DNA from: a virus
Length of the DNA: 64,000 nucleotides
Reading direction: 5' to 3' (one strand)
Virus record (IMG/VR): IMGVR_UViG_3300000271_000006
Span: 1 to 64,000 of that record
Positions 56,596-64,000 of this stretch are shown piece by piece; positions within the stretch are counted from its first letter, which is position 1, and the number at the start of each line of letters is the position of its first letter. The position numbers were made by a program, and so were the translations under genes. The notes beneath the pieces are model-generated. The model was not told the DNA's origin and did no database searches. It saw only the letters and a program-made list of their open reading frames with translations.

Positions 56596-57249
56596 ATGGA
56601 AAAAGGCCACCTTGTCCTCTATACCTATTCACGAACCGGCGAAGCGCCGCCCCCGTTCTTACTGGAGGATAAGAAAGGCCGTCCCATTGAGAAGGTGTGC
56701 TTTATCAGGTCGGACGAGGACCGCGACGAGAACGGTTGGGCGCTTGTGCCAGTCCGTGAAATCATGGCCAACAAGCCGGACGAGATCATCGAGACCCAGC
56801 TTAAGTGCTTCTCGGTAGGCCAGTTCAAGAGTGAGTTTACGGTGTGGTTCAATTTTGGATCACCCCCCGAGGTAAATCCTTGGGAGCTGGTGGACGCGAT
56901 GGTTGCGGATGGGGCGTGCATTGCCATGCCTCGCATGGGTAAGCAGGTTTACGCAACCCTTCCGCGCACCCACGAAACCCGCAAGGATCAGGCGATTGTC
57001 AACCGACTTGAGACCGCACTCAACGAAGCCAGCGTAGGGGAAGAGGTCCCCGTTGATAGCTCGGTAGTGGTACGCCGGCAATGCGTTGATCTTTTCAGGC
57101 TTGAGCGGGCGTGGATTAATGAATCCCTCAAGACGATGGGGCGCTTTCCAAATCAGGCCTTCTTTCTGGCAAAGAAGAAAGCCGAAGCCACAAAGTTCAA
57201 AACCATTGCCGATGAAAAGCTACGCAAGGAAGACGCTATTAAGGGTTAA
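56596..57249 (+). CDS. hypothetical protein
   Basis: ORF track, 217 aa. Confidence 0.6.
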   Translation: MEKGHLVLYTYSRTGEAPPPFLLEDKKGRPIEKVCFIRSDEDRDENGWALVPVREIMANKPDEIIETQLKCFSVGQFKSEFTVWFNFGSPPEVNPWELVDAMVADGACIAMPRMGKQVYATLPRTHETRKDQAIVNRLETALNEASVGEEVPVDSSVVVRRQCVDLFRLERAWINESLKTMGRFPNQAFFLAKKKAEATKFKTIADEKLRKEDAIKG

Positions 57250-57429
57250 GCCCGGCACGCTGTTCAAGTGGGTAATAAGGCCCTATGTCCTTTTTAGCGA
57301 CAAGTTTATGGGTACGTCGCTGGCGACCTGCACCCGATGCAAGGCACGGGAGATTCGCTGGAACGGCAAGTGGGAGCGGCTTGTCAAGAAAATCCTTCCA
57401 ATTCCAAGCGAAGACAAGAGACTATTAGA

Positions 57430-57458
57430 TTGACTTAACGCTCTCATTAGGAAACAAT
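57430..57458 (+). promoter_or_regulatory. sigma70-like promoter candidate
   Basis: TTGACT-n17-AACAAT, ~20 nt upstream of the AAGGAG RBS and ATG 57479. Confidence 0.25.
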
Positions 57459-57478
57459 ACCCCTACTAACCAAGGAGA

Positions 57479-58378
57479 ATGGCCACCCAAGTACCCCTAA
57501 ACTTCCGAGTCCATCCCTTTCCGGCTGGGTATGACAAGCCGATAAACGAGTTTGCGCAGGACTTCGCCAACCGACTTCGCGGGTTCTCCTCTTCCCCGAC
57601 CGCCCTCATTGCAAGTGGGACTGTTCTTCCCACAAGCGATGTTGGGCCGTTTTGGAAGGAGGACACAAGGGAGTGGTACGGTTGGAACGCGGGAACAGGA
57701 ACCTACATTGCTCAGGCGATTGGAGACGAAAGCCTTGGGTATATTGCCCAGATTTCCCCCGGCCCGAACCAAGCGGTTTATACCTTCTGGATTGAGCTGG
57801 ATGGAACGGGTAAAGCCAAGTCCATCAGGTACTACTCGGGCGGAGCGTGGAAGGACGTTTACGAGGACAAGTTTGCCCAATACCCCACAACCGCCCAGAT
57901 GAACGCGGCTATCTCCGCCGCTATTGGAGGAAGCTCGTCGTCTGCTGTTCCGGTTGAGGCATTCATCAACGGGGGAAGCCAATCGGTGCTGGCGGATGGT
58001 ACCTTTGATAAGGTTGTTCTCTCAGGCGAGCTGGTTGACCCCGAGGGCGCGTGGAATACTACCAACTCGGAGTTTACCGCCCCGGAGAGCGGTACTTACG
58101 TCGTAAGCGCATGGGCTCAGGTTGATAACGATACCGCCACGGCTTCCGGTATGGAGGTCTTGCTTGCTTTGTTCGTTAACAACGTGCAGTACGGCGTTCC
58201 GGAGGGTACATCCGTTGCATCCCCTCCTAGCGGTCGGTGGTTTCCCAACCTGAGCGGCAAGATCGTGGCGCTCTCACAAAACGACGTTCTAGACCTTCGT
58301 CTTGCACCGGGAGACGGGGTCGGCTCTGGCAACGTTACGATTACCCACGCCCGTATCTCAATCCATAAGATTGCCTAA
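57479..58378 (+). CDS. tail fibre-like protein with C1q/TNF-like C-terminal domain
   Basis: ORF track, 299 aa. C-terminal FTAPESGTYVVSAWAQV...VLLALFVNN...VLDLRL pattern of C1q-type jelly rolls. AAGGAG RBS. Confidence 0.6.
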   Translation: MATQVPLNFRVHPFPAGYDKPINEFAQDFANRLRGFSSSPTALIASGTVLPTSDVGPFWKEDTREWYGWNAGTGTYIAQAIGDESLGYIAQISPGPNQAVYTFWIELDGTGKAKSIRYYSGGAWKDVYEDKFAQYPTTAQMNAAISAAIGGSSSSAVPVEAFINGGSQSVLADGTFDKVVLSGELVDPEGAWNTTNSEFTAPESGTYVVSAWAQVDNDTATASGMEVLLALFVNNVQYGVPEGTSVASPPSGRWFPNLSGKIVALSQNDVLDLRLAPGDGVGSGNVTITHARISIHKIA

Positions 58379-58749
58379 TGATTGAGGTAAAGGAAACCAA
58401 GGACAGGGATTACGTCAAGTCGGTGCTTTCCAATCCCGGAATGGGAAGGCTTTGCAACGGCGGGCGAAATGGCCCGGACGTGTCTGACATTGATGCCGTT
58501 GTTGACCTCCCCATCCATACCTTTCTTGAGGTGACGGAGGACGGAGTGCGCAAGGGGTTCGTTTCGTTTACGGCGTTCGGCGGTGCCCACTTCATCCACT
58601 TGGCGCTTTATACCCGAGGGGCCAAGACCCTTGAGGCTTTTGGCAAGGCGATGGACTACGCCCGTGAGAACCTAGGCTACAACGAAGTCCACGCCATCTA
58701 CCCCGAGGGGCGCAAGAGTTTTGAGCGCATTACTGCTATTGCTGCATAA
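58378..58749 (+). CDS. small GNAT-like protein (weak)
   Basis: ORF track, 123 aa. Size and adjacency to a clear GNAT. No strong motif. Confidence 0.45.
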   Translation: MIEVKETKDRDYVKSVLSNPGMGRLCNGGRNGPDVSDIDAVVDLPIHTFLEVTEDGVRKGFVSFTAFGGAHFIHLALYTRGAKTLEAFGKAMDYARENLGYNEVHAIYPEGRKSFERITAIAA

Positions 58750-59195
58750 TGTACGAAGTTTCCACACTTTCAAAAGATTCTCTGCCTGAGCTTTATCAGC
58801 TTGGCCATGCTTTCTTCAAGGAAGGAAAGCTTCCCGGCGAGTTCATTGAGTCCGAGTTTATCAAGACGTGGAATACGCTTATGGACCTTGGTGTTGGCAC
58901 AATCTTTTCTTTACGAAAGGACGGTGAACTTAAAGGCGGGCTGGGCGCAATTAAATACCCCGACGCAAACGACGGGAAGTGTGTGGTGACAGAGGCGTTT
59001 TGGTATGTGCTAGCGGAAGCAAGGGGACACGGGCTCGCCCTACTGAAGGCCTTTGAGCGATGGGCAGTGGATGTTGGCGCAGAGCGCATTATCATGGTCC
59101 ATCTTTCGGGACTCACTCCAGAGCCTCTCAAAAAGCTATACCTCCGAATGGGGTATGATGAGTGTGAGGTTCATTACGTCAAAAAGATAACCTAA
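58749..59195 (+). CDS. GNAT family N-acetyltransferase
   Basis: ORF track, 148 aa. VLAEARGHGLALLKAFERWA matches GNAT motif A. Confidence 0.65.
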   Translation: MYEVSTLSKDSLPELYQLGHAFFKEGKLPGEFIESEFIKTWNTLMDLGVGTIFSLRKDGELKGGLGAIKYPDANDGKCVVTEAFWYVLAEARGHGLALLKAFERWAVDVGAERIIMVHLSGLTPEPLKKLYLRMGYDECEVHYVKKIT

Positions 59196-60040
59196 TGGCA
59201 ATTACAACCGCAGCGGCTATTGCTATGGGTGTGGGAGCGGCATCCACTGCATACGGCGCATCCCAGCAGCGAAAGGCCCAAAAGGATGCGATTGAGGCGG
59301 GCAAGTCCGGTCAGGTAAACATCGCCGCCATTGACGCCCAAACGCGGGAGATGGCGCGCCGCAACGCCCTTGAGTCGGCAGAGCTTGAGCGCCAGCTTAC
59401 GCCGGAAGTCCCGCAGCTTCGTACTGCCGCCAACCAAGCGGTCATGCAGGGGCTTAACCCGTCCAGCCAGCAGCAGGCCGCAATAGACAGCCTTTATGCT
59501 CGGATGGGGGGTTCGGTATCAACCCCGCTTCTTCAAGCCGCTATTGAGAAGGCTAGGGCCGATCTAGCGCAAGGTGGCCAGCTTAGTGTGGACCAGAGGA
59601 ATGAGGCGGCGCGCAGAGGGCTTGCGCGGGCCGGTACGGTTACGGGCGGGCTTGGGCTTGGCCGCGATCTTGCCGCTCGTGACATTGGTCTTACGTCCTA
59701 CCAAGTCGAACAGCAGAGGCTCCAGAATGCAGCGGGCCTAGGCGCTCAGGAGCTTGGCCGTGAGCAGTTCAATGCAAGCAATTTCCTGAATCAGTTTCAG
59801 GCGCTCCAGAACTACTACAATAACAACCGGAGTTTTGCGCTGGGAGCGGCTCAGTATGGCCAGTCCATCCAGCAACCCATCGTCGGACTCGATCCGTCCT
59901 CGGCGGCGAATCTCGCGGTCGGCAACCAAAACGTCTCAGCTCAAGCCCTTGCCAATCAGGCCAATATCCGTGGGCAGCAAGCGCAAGGACTCACCCAGCT
60001 AGGCGGTCAGTTCCTCGGGTTCGGGCTTTCAAAAATCTAA
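59195..60040 (+). CDS. putative internal virion/ejection protein
   Basis: ORF track, 281 aa. Gln/Ala-rich, with an N-terminal hydrophobic segment, located upstream of larger similar proteins. Confidence 0.5.
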   Translation: MAITTAAAIAMGVGAASTAYGASQQRKAQKDAIEAGKSGQVNIAAIDAQTREMARRNALESAELERQLTPEVPQLRTAANQAVMQGLNPSSQQQAAIDSLYARMGGSVSTPLLQAAIEKARADLAQGGQLSVDQRNEAARRGLARAGTVTGGLGLGRDLAARDIGLTSYQVEQQRLQNAAGLGAQELGREQFNASNFLNQFQALQNYYNNNRSFALGAAQYGQSIQQPIVGLDPSSAANLAVGNQNVSAQALANQANIRGQQAQGLTQLGGQFLGFGLSKI

Positions 60041-60043
60041 TCC

Positions 60044-61447
60044 ATGGCTATTCAAACCAGGGGATTTCAGACCCAAGCTCAGCCAATGCCTGCTTTGGCC
60101 GATCCCCGCCTTGTTGCGTTTAACCCCGCCCTGATTGGTCAAGGGATTGGTCAAGGTCTTCAACTCGCGGACCAATACGCCACGATGAGGGAGAATCGGG
60201 CGATGGCCCCCATCCGGCAGAGTACCGCCCAGAATCAAGCCGACCTGACGAAGATTCAGCTTGAGGAGGCGGAGCGCCGGGCCGGAGAAACCCCGCTTGG
60301 GGTTGCGATTCGTGAGGTGCCGCGAGGAGACTTCCCCATGCCGGCAGAAGTTCCGCCGGGTACGGTTGGCAATCCCAACGTTCCGGCCGGAACCCCTGTC
60401 GATATTGTGGAGGTTGAGCGGGTTCAACTAAAGGACGGGTCAATTGTTGAGCGGCCTCGGCGAATTGTCCAATCGGCGGAAGAGCTTCCGCAAATCCTGA
60501 CCATGACCCCCGACCAGCTTGCGGGTCTTGCGCCGGGAAGCCGTTATCAGATTGTGGGCCAGAACCCCGACGGTACGGTTCAGGTTTCCAATCTCCAAGG
60601 TCAGGTTCTTGGAGGGACTACCGCACGCCTTCAGCAGGGAGGGGCGGTTCGCCTTCCGGACGGAACCGTTGTCAAGACTTACTTTGACCCCAACAATCAG
60701 GGTTACTTTTATCAGGATGCCTCGGGTAATGCAGTGCCTGTTCCTGCAAATGCGCAGCCAACGACTGTTTCGGCAGAGTCGCGAGCCTTGCTTTCGGTCA
60801 AGGATTTCAACAACCTTGAGAACGCCATCAAGCAAGAGGAGGGAAGCCTTCGCGCGCTTGAGTCGTATTACAACACTTCTGAGGGAACCCGGCAGGGCAT
60901 CGGCGGGCTGGTTGATAAGCTCTCTGCCTCGTTGCTGACTCTGCTTGGCAACGAGAACCTTAGCGATGAGCAACTTGGAACTTTTGTTAGGGAGGGCCAG
61001 CTTCAGGGACTCATCGGGCGTGTCCGAACCGATATTCTTGGGCCGGGTGTATTGACCAATCAAGACGCAGCCCGCATTATGGAGTTTCTTGGTGGCGACA
61101 GCCTCTTGCTGCGCAACAAGGAGCGGGTTCGTCAGGCGATTGGGGCGGTAATGGCTGAGAAGTACGACAGGTACAATATTCTTGTCAATCAATACAATCG
61201 TCAGGCGGGAAGGGGGATTTACTCCGAGTACCAGCCCATTAATCCGATTGAGATTGATCCCTCCAAGTTTGGCGGCAAGTCCACGGATATGTTCGTTCGC
61301 CCAAATGAGTCAAGGCGGGTCAATGCTGCACCCATGACGGGTGGGGTTCGCGCAACCGATGAGAACGCCCAGCAAAACGCCCAGCGGGGAACATCCTCAC
61401 AAGCCGACGCAATCTATCAAGAGCTTCTGAACAAGTACCGCCGCTAA
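60044..61447 (+). CDS. putative internal virion/ejection protein
   Basis: ORF track, 467 aa. Confidence 0.55.
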   Translation: MAIQTRGFQTQAQPMPALADPRLVAFNPALIGQGIGQGLQLADQYATMRENRAMAPIRQSTAQNQADLTKIQLEEAERRAGETPLGVAIREVPRGDFPMPAEVPPGTVGNPNVPAGTPVDIVEVERVQLKDGSIVERPRRIVQSAEELPQILTMTPDQLAGLAPGSRYQIVGQNPDGTVQVSNLQGQVLGGTTARLQQGGAVRLPDGTVVKTYFDPNNQGYFYQDASGNAVPVPANAQPTTVSAESRALLSVKDFNNLENAIKQEEGSLRALESYYNTSEGTRQGIGGLVDKLSASLLTLLGNENLSDEQLGTFVREGQLQGLIGRVRTDILGPGVLTNQDAARIMEFLGGDSLLLRNKERVRQAIGAVMAEKYDRYNILVNQYNRQAGRGIYSEYQPINPIEIDPSKFGGKSTDMFVRPNESRRVNAAPMTGGVRATDENAQQNAQRGTSSQADAIYQELLNKYRR

Positions 61448-61448
61448 A

Positions 61449-64000
61449 ATGGCCCTTACCGAACAGGAAATCAGAGACCGGGGCCGGGAGCTTGAGCAAG
61501 CCGGTGCTACCCCAGATGAAATCCGCTCCTTCATGGATGCGGCTTTTCGCGAGCTTGAAGCGGGAGGGCCAAGCGGAGAACTGATTGCGGGTACGCCAGA
61601 GCAGCGCCGGACCCAACAGCGGGAAGCGGTACGCCGTGAACTTGGCCTAATTGAACCAATCTCAGATCAGCCAGTTGGGCTCGTCCCCCGTGCGGGTGCT
61701 TCATTTGCCCGAAGTGACGAATCTGCTCGCGCCTATTGGGAAAAGCTTTCTGGCGGACCAGATCGCGTCAAGGCTCTTGGTGGTGGTAGGTTTTTGGTCC
61801 TGATGCCCGGTAGCCAGAAGTGGGAACCAACCGACCCTGCCGGTCTTGACATTGGAGACGTTACTGCCGACGTGGCCGGCGAGGCGCTCCCAGCCGTTGC
61901 AGGCTTTGCGGCAGAGCGCGCAGCGGGGCCGATTACGGGGGTGGGTCGCGCCATCACGGGCTCTGCAATCGGGGCCGGGGTTGGCAATCTCGTAGGCGCC
62001 GCGCAAGACGTTGCCTTCAACAAGGCAGTTGGCGTCCCTGTTGACCTTGCCGATATTGCAGTTCGTCGGGGCATTAGCGGCGTTGTTGAGACTGGGGTTG
62101 GCGCGGCACTCCCCGCTGTGCTATCCCCTGTTGTCAGAAACAACATGGCCATTGAGCAACTTGGGGGAGCGGTCAGGGCCAATGCGGCACTTCCTGCCGT
62201 TTCTCGCCAGATCACCGAGGAGGGAATAGAGGCAGCGGGCGGACTTGAACGTAGGTTTGGTGAGGGAGCGGCCCCGCTTACCGCCGGTCAGGCCACAGGC
62301 AACCGTGCCGTCCAAGAGGTTGAATCCGCCGTCCGCAAGTCGGGTCGCTTCGTCAAAGCTGGTCAGGAAATCCAAGAGCAGCAGGAGCGCCTTCCCCAGA
62401 TCGTTCGTGAAAGCCTTACTCGTGGGCTCGACCTTCCGGAGGCCGCTGGTGCCGTTTCCGCCGCAATAGAGCGCAGTGCTAGCCTTACGAGGGACTTCGT
62501 CAAGGAATCGTTTGATTCCGCCGCAAAGGCCGTAGAAGAGGCCCTTGCGAAGAAGATGCAGCAGGTTGCCGCCGGAGAGGTTGCCCCCCTTAGCCTTACA
62601 CAAGCAGGGGCTCGCGTTCGCACAGCCTTCAATGAAAAGATGGCCCAAATGAAGGAGGCAGAGGATGCGGCATACAAGTCATTTCGGGATCAATTCGCCC
62701 AAAGTGGAACGCCCGAAAAGTTCGTCAAGCTGGAGAAGTCTGAGGCGTTGATTGATGAGATCCTTGGAAAGCTCCTTACGACCAAGCGAGCAGCGGACGG
62801 AAAGCTTGTTGATGCCAAGGGCAAACCAATCCCGGAAGAGGTTGAGGAAGTCCTTCGCATCTACGCCCCCCAGCGCGACACCCTTACTCAGATCAAGGAG
62901 GCGGCCAACGATGAGCAGAAGCTTGAGGCAGTCCTCAACCTTCGCTCGTTCATCAACGAACAGGTCCGCAAGATGGGGACGCAAACCAACCTTGAGTCTA
63001 GCGTCGTCAAGCGGCTAACCGCCGCGCTTACCGATGACATCACCCGCTCGGTTGACGAGTTCACAGGCAATGGTTCTGAGGCGCTCAAAGCTGCGTGGGA
63101 GGCAACCCGCACCAAGTACGAACGGTTTGAGAAGTCCCCAGTCCTTTACAATATCCTTGAGGATGCAGCGGATGGAGGGTTCAGGAATAATGCCGAAATC
63201 ATCACCTACTTTACACAGGGAGGCGGCAAGTACGATGAGCTTCGCGCAGTTGGTCAGGTGCTTCCGCCCCGCGAATACAACGCCCTTCGCCGCGCCATGG
63301 TTGATTCGATCATGGGGCAGGACTCCATCACCATCGGCAACCGAAGGACGGCGGACCTCGGGGCAATGGGTAGTCGGATGAAGTCCCTTAGCAAGGAGGT
63401 CAAGGACGAGGTATTCGGAGACCGCAAGACATGGGAGGGACTTGAATCCATCCTTGACTCCTTCAAGGACGTTACCCAAAACAGGTCCATCTTCGTTACC
63501 GAGGGGCTTCCGGATGCTGCGGCGCTTGAGCGGGTCAAGGAGGCGATTGAACGAAACGCCGTTCCCGAAGCTCGCGCCCTCATGGGGCAGGCCGTACAGG
63601 CAGCAAGAAACGAGGCCAAGCAGGCATCGTCCGAAATCGTCAGCAAAATCCGACGCGGGGACTACAGCGGGATTGACGCCGACCCCCACCAGTTCCTTGA
63701 CAAGTTCTTTCTTAGCAAGGACATTGCACCAGCCTACGCCAAGCGGATTTACGACATGCTTCCGGAGCCTCAGCGGAAGAACGTCAGCAAGGCACTCATA
63801 GACACGATGTTTAACCGAGCGCTTGACGCAACGGAGTCTCCACTGTCGACCGCAATTGGAAAAAACCTAGCCGGCACCTACAACCCCGAGAAGTTTGTCA
63901 AAACCCTCATGGGTGGCTCAGACAACCAGAGGGACGCGATTCGGTATGTGGCTGGTTTCGATAACTTTGAGGCGATCAAGGACATGCTGTCCTACCAGCA
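61449..64000 (+). CDS. large virion protein (internal virion/ejection-like), 3' end beyond window
   Basis: Own translation from ATG 61449 (MALTEQEIRDRGRELEQAGATPDEIRSFMDAAFRELEAGGPSGELIAG...) stays open to nt 64000, about 850 codons. It is absent from the ORF track because it has no in-window stop. All listed ORFs in 61.4-64 kb are in other frames or antisense. Confidence 0.65.
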   Translation, partial: MALTEQEIRDRGRELEQAGATPDEIRSFMDAAFRELEAGGPSGELIAGTPEQRRTQQREAVRRELGLIEPISDQPVGLVPRAGASFARSDESARAYWEKLSGGPDRVKALGGGRFLVLMPGSQKWEPTDPAGLDIGDVTADVAGEALPAVAGFAAERAAGPITGVGRAITGSAIGAGVGNLVGAAQDVAFNKAVGVPVDLADIAVRRGISGVVETGVGAALPAVLSPVVRNNMAIEQLGGAVRANAALPAVSRQITEEGIEAAGGLERRFGEGAAPLTAGQATGNRAVQEVESAVRKSGRFVKAGQEIQEQQERLPQIVRESLTRGLDLPEAAGAVSAAIERSASLTRDFVKESFDSAAKAVEEALAKKMQQVAAGEVAPLSLTQAGARVRTAFNEKMAQMKEAEDAAYKSFRDQFAQSGTPEKFVKLEKSEALIDEILGKLLTTKRAADGKLVDAKGKPIPEEVEEVLRIYAPQRDTLTQIKEAANDEQKLEAVLNLRSFINEQVRKMGTQTNLESSVVKRLTAALTDDITRSVDEFTGNGSEALKAAWEATRTKYERFEKSPVLYNILEDAADGGFRNNAEIITYFTQGGGKYDELRAVGQVLPPREYNALRRAMVDSIMGQDSITIGNRRTADLGAMGSRMKSLSKEVKDEVFGDRKTWEGLESILDSFKDVTQNRSIFVTEGLPDAAALERVKEAIERNAVPEARALMGQAVQAARNEAKQASSEIVSKIRRGDYSGIDADPHQFLDKFFLSKDIAPAYAKRIYDMLPEPQRKNVSKALIDTMFNRALDATESPLSTAIGKNLAGTYNPEKFVKTLMGGSDNQRDAIRYVAGFDNFEAIKDMLSYQ

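Noticed and set aside
1-64000. Genome-wide TAG reassignment (recoded phage)
   Set aside because: Large genes (terminase, primase-helicase, portal, fibres) are uninterrupted. At least six confident genes terminate with TAG, for example at 19345, 22854, 36719, 51994 and 56557. No suppressor tRNA was seen. Only isolated in-frame TAGs remain as local curiosities.
1-64000. tRNA, rRNA and tmRNA genes
   Set aside because: Scanning by eye for GGTTCGAATCC-type T-arm words and cloverleaf context found nothing convincing. This is a weak negative, and tRNAscan-SE or ARAGORN should be run.

Overview
The window looks like most of a tailed dsDNA phage or prophage genome. I saw no rRNA, tRNA or CRISPR by eye.

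Layout:
- 1-15188, minus strand: about 46 short, tightly packed early genes. Many have ATGA stop/start overlaps, and several are hydrophobic micro-ORFs under 45 aa that are missing from the ORF track. The block is interrupted by a ~1 kb ORF-free, stop-rich spacer (6507-7546).
- 15189-~15770: divergent control region.
- From there to the window end, plus strand: an HTH replication-initiator-like gene carrying internal iterons; a metallophosphoesterase; an HNH-like gene; the large terminase; a primase-helicase split by a class-3-type intein with a LAGLIDADG domain; portal and scaffold; a glycosyltransferase/methyltransferase cluster; a major capsid candidate; five collagen-like fibre proteins; a beta-helix tailspike with an Ig domain; a C1q-like fibre; two GNATs; and internal-virion-like proteins. 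The last ORF runs off the window.

Most notable observation: at least 18 copies of a 55-131 nt structured inverted repeat.
- Architecture: outer boxes GCCTAAC/CCGAAC ... GTTAGGC/GTTCGGC, roughly 9-nt spacers, co-varying inner arms GAGCCA(A)C.../...GTTGGCTC, usually one unpaired base, and a variable loop of 3-75 nt.
- The copies punctuate small, GC-richer accessory ORFs in five arrays: 989-3160, 12930-15190, 21361-22035, 32244-32770 and 36721-39973.
- This layout resembles integron attC sites. One array sits next to an orphan IntI/Xer-type N-terminal domain ORF, but no catalytic recombinase is present in the window.

Other points: a possible virion/collagen-fibre glycosylation system, an origin embedded in the initiator gene, a C8...G8-T9 leader terminator, and two or three in-frame TAG codons in early ORFs.

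All functional calls come from motif recognition by eye. No database search was run.
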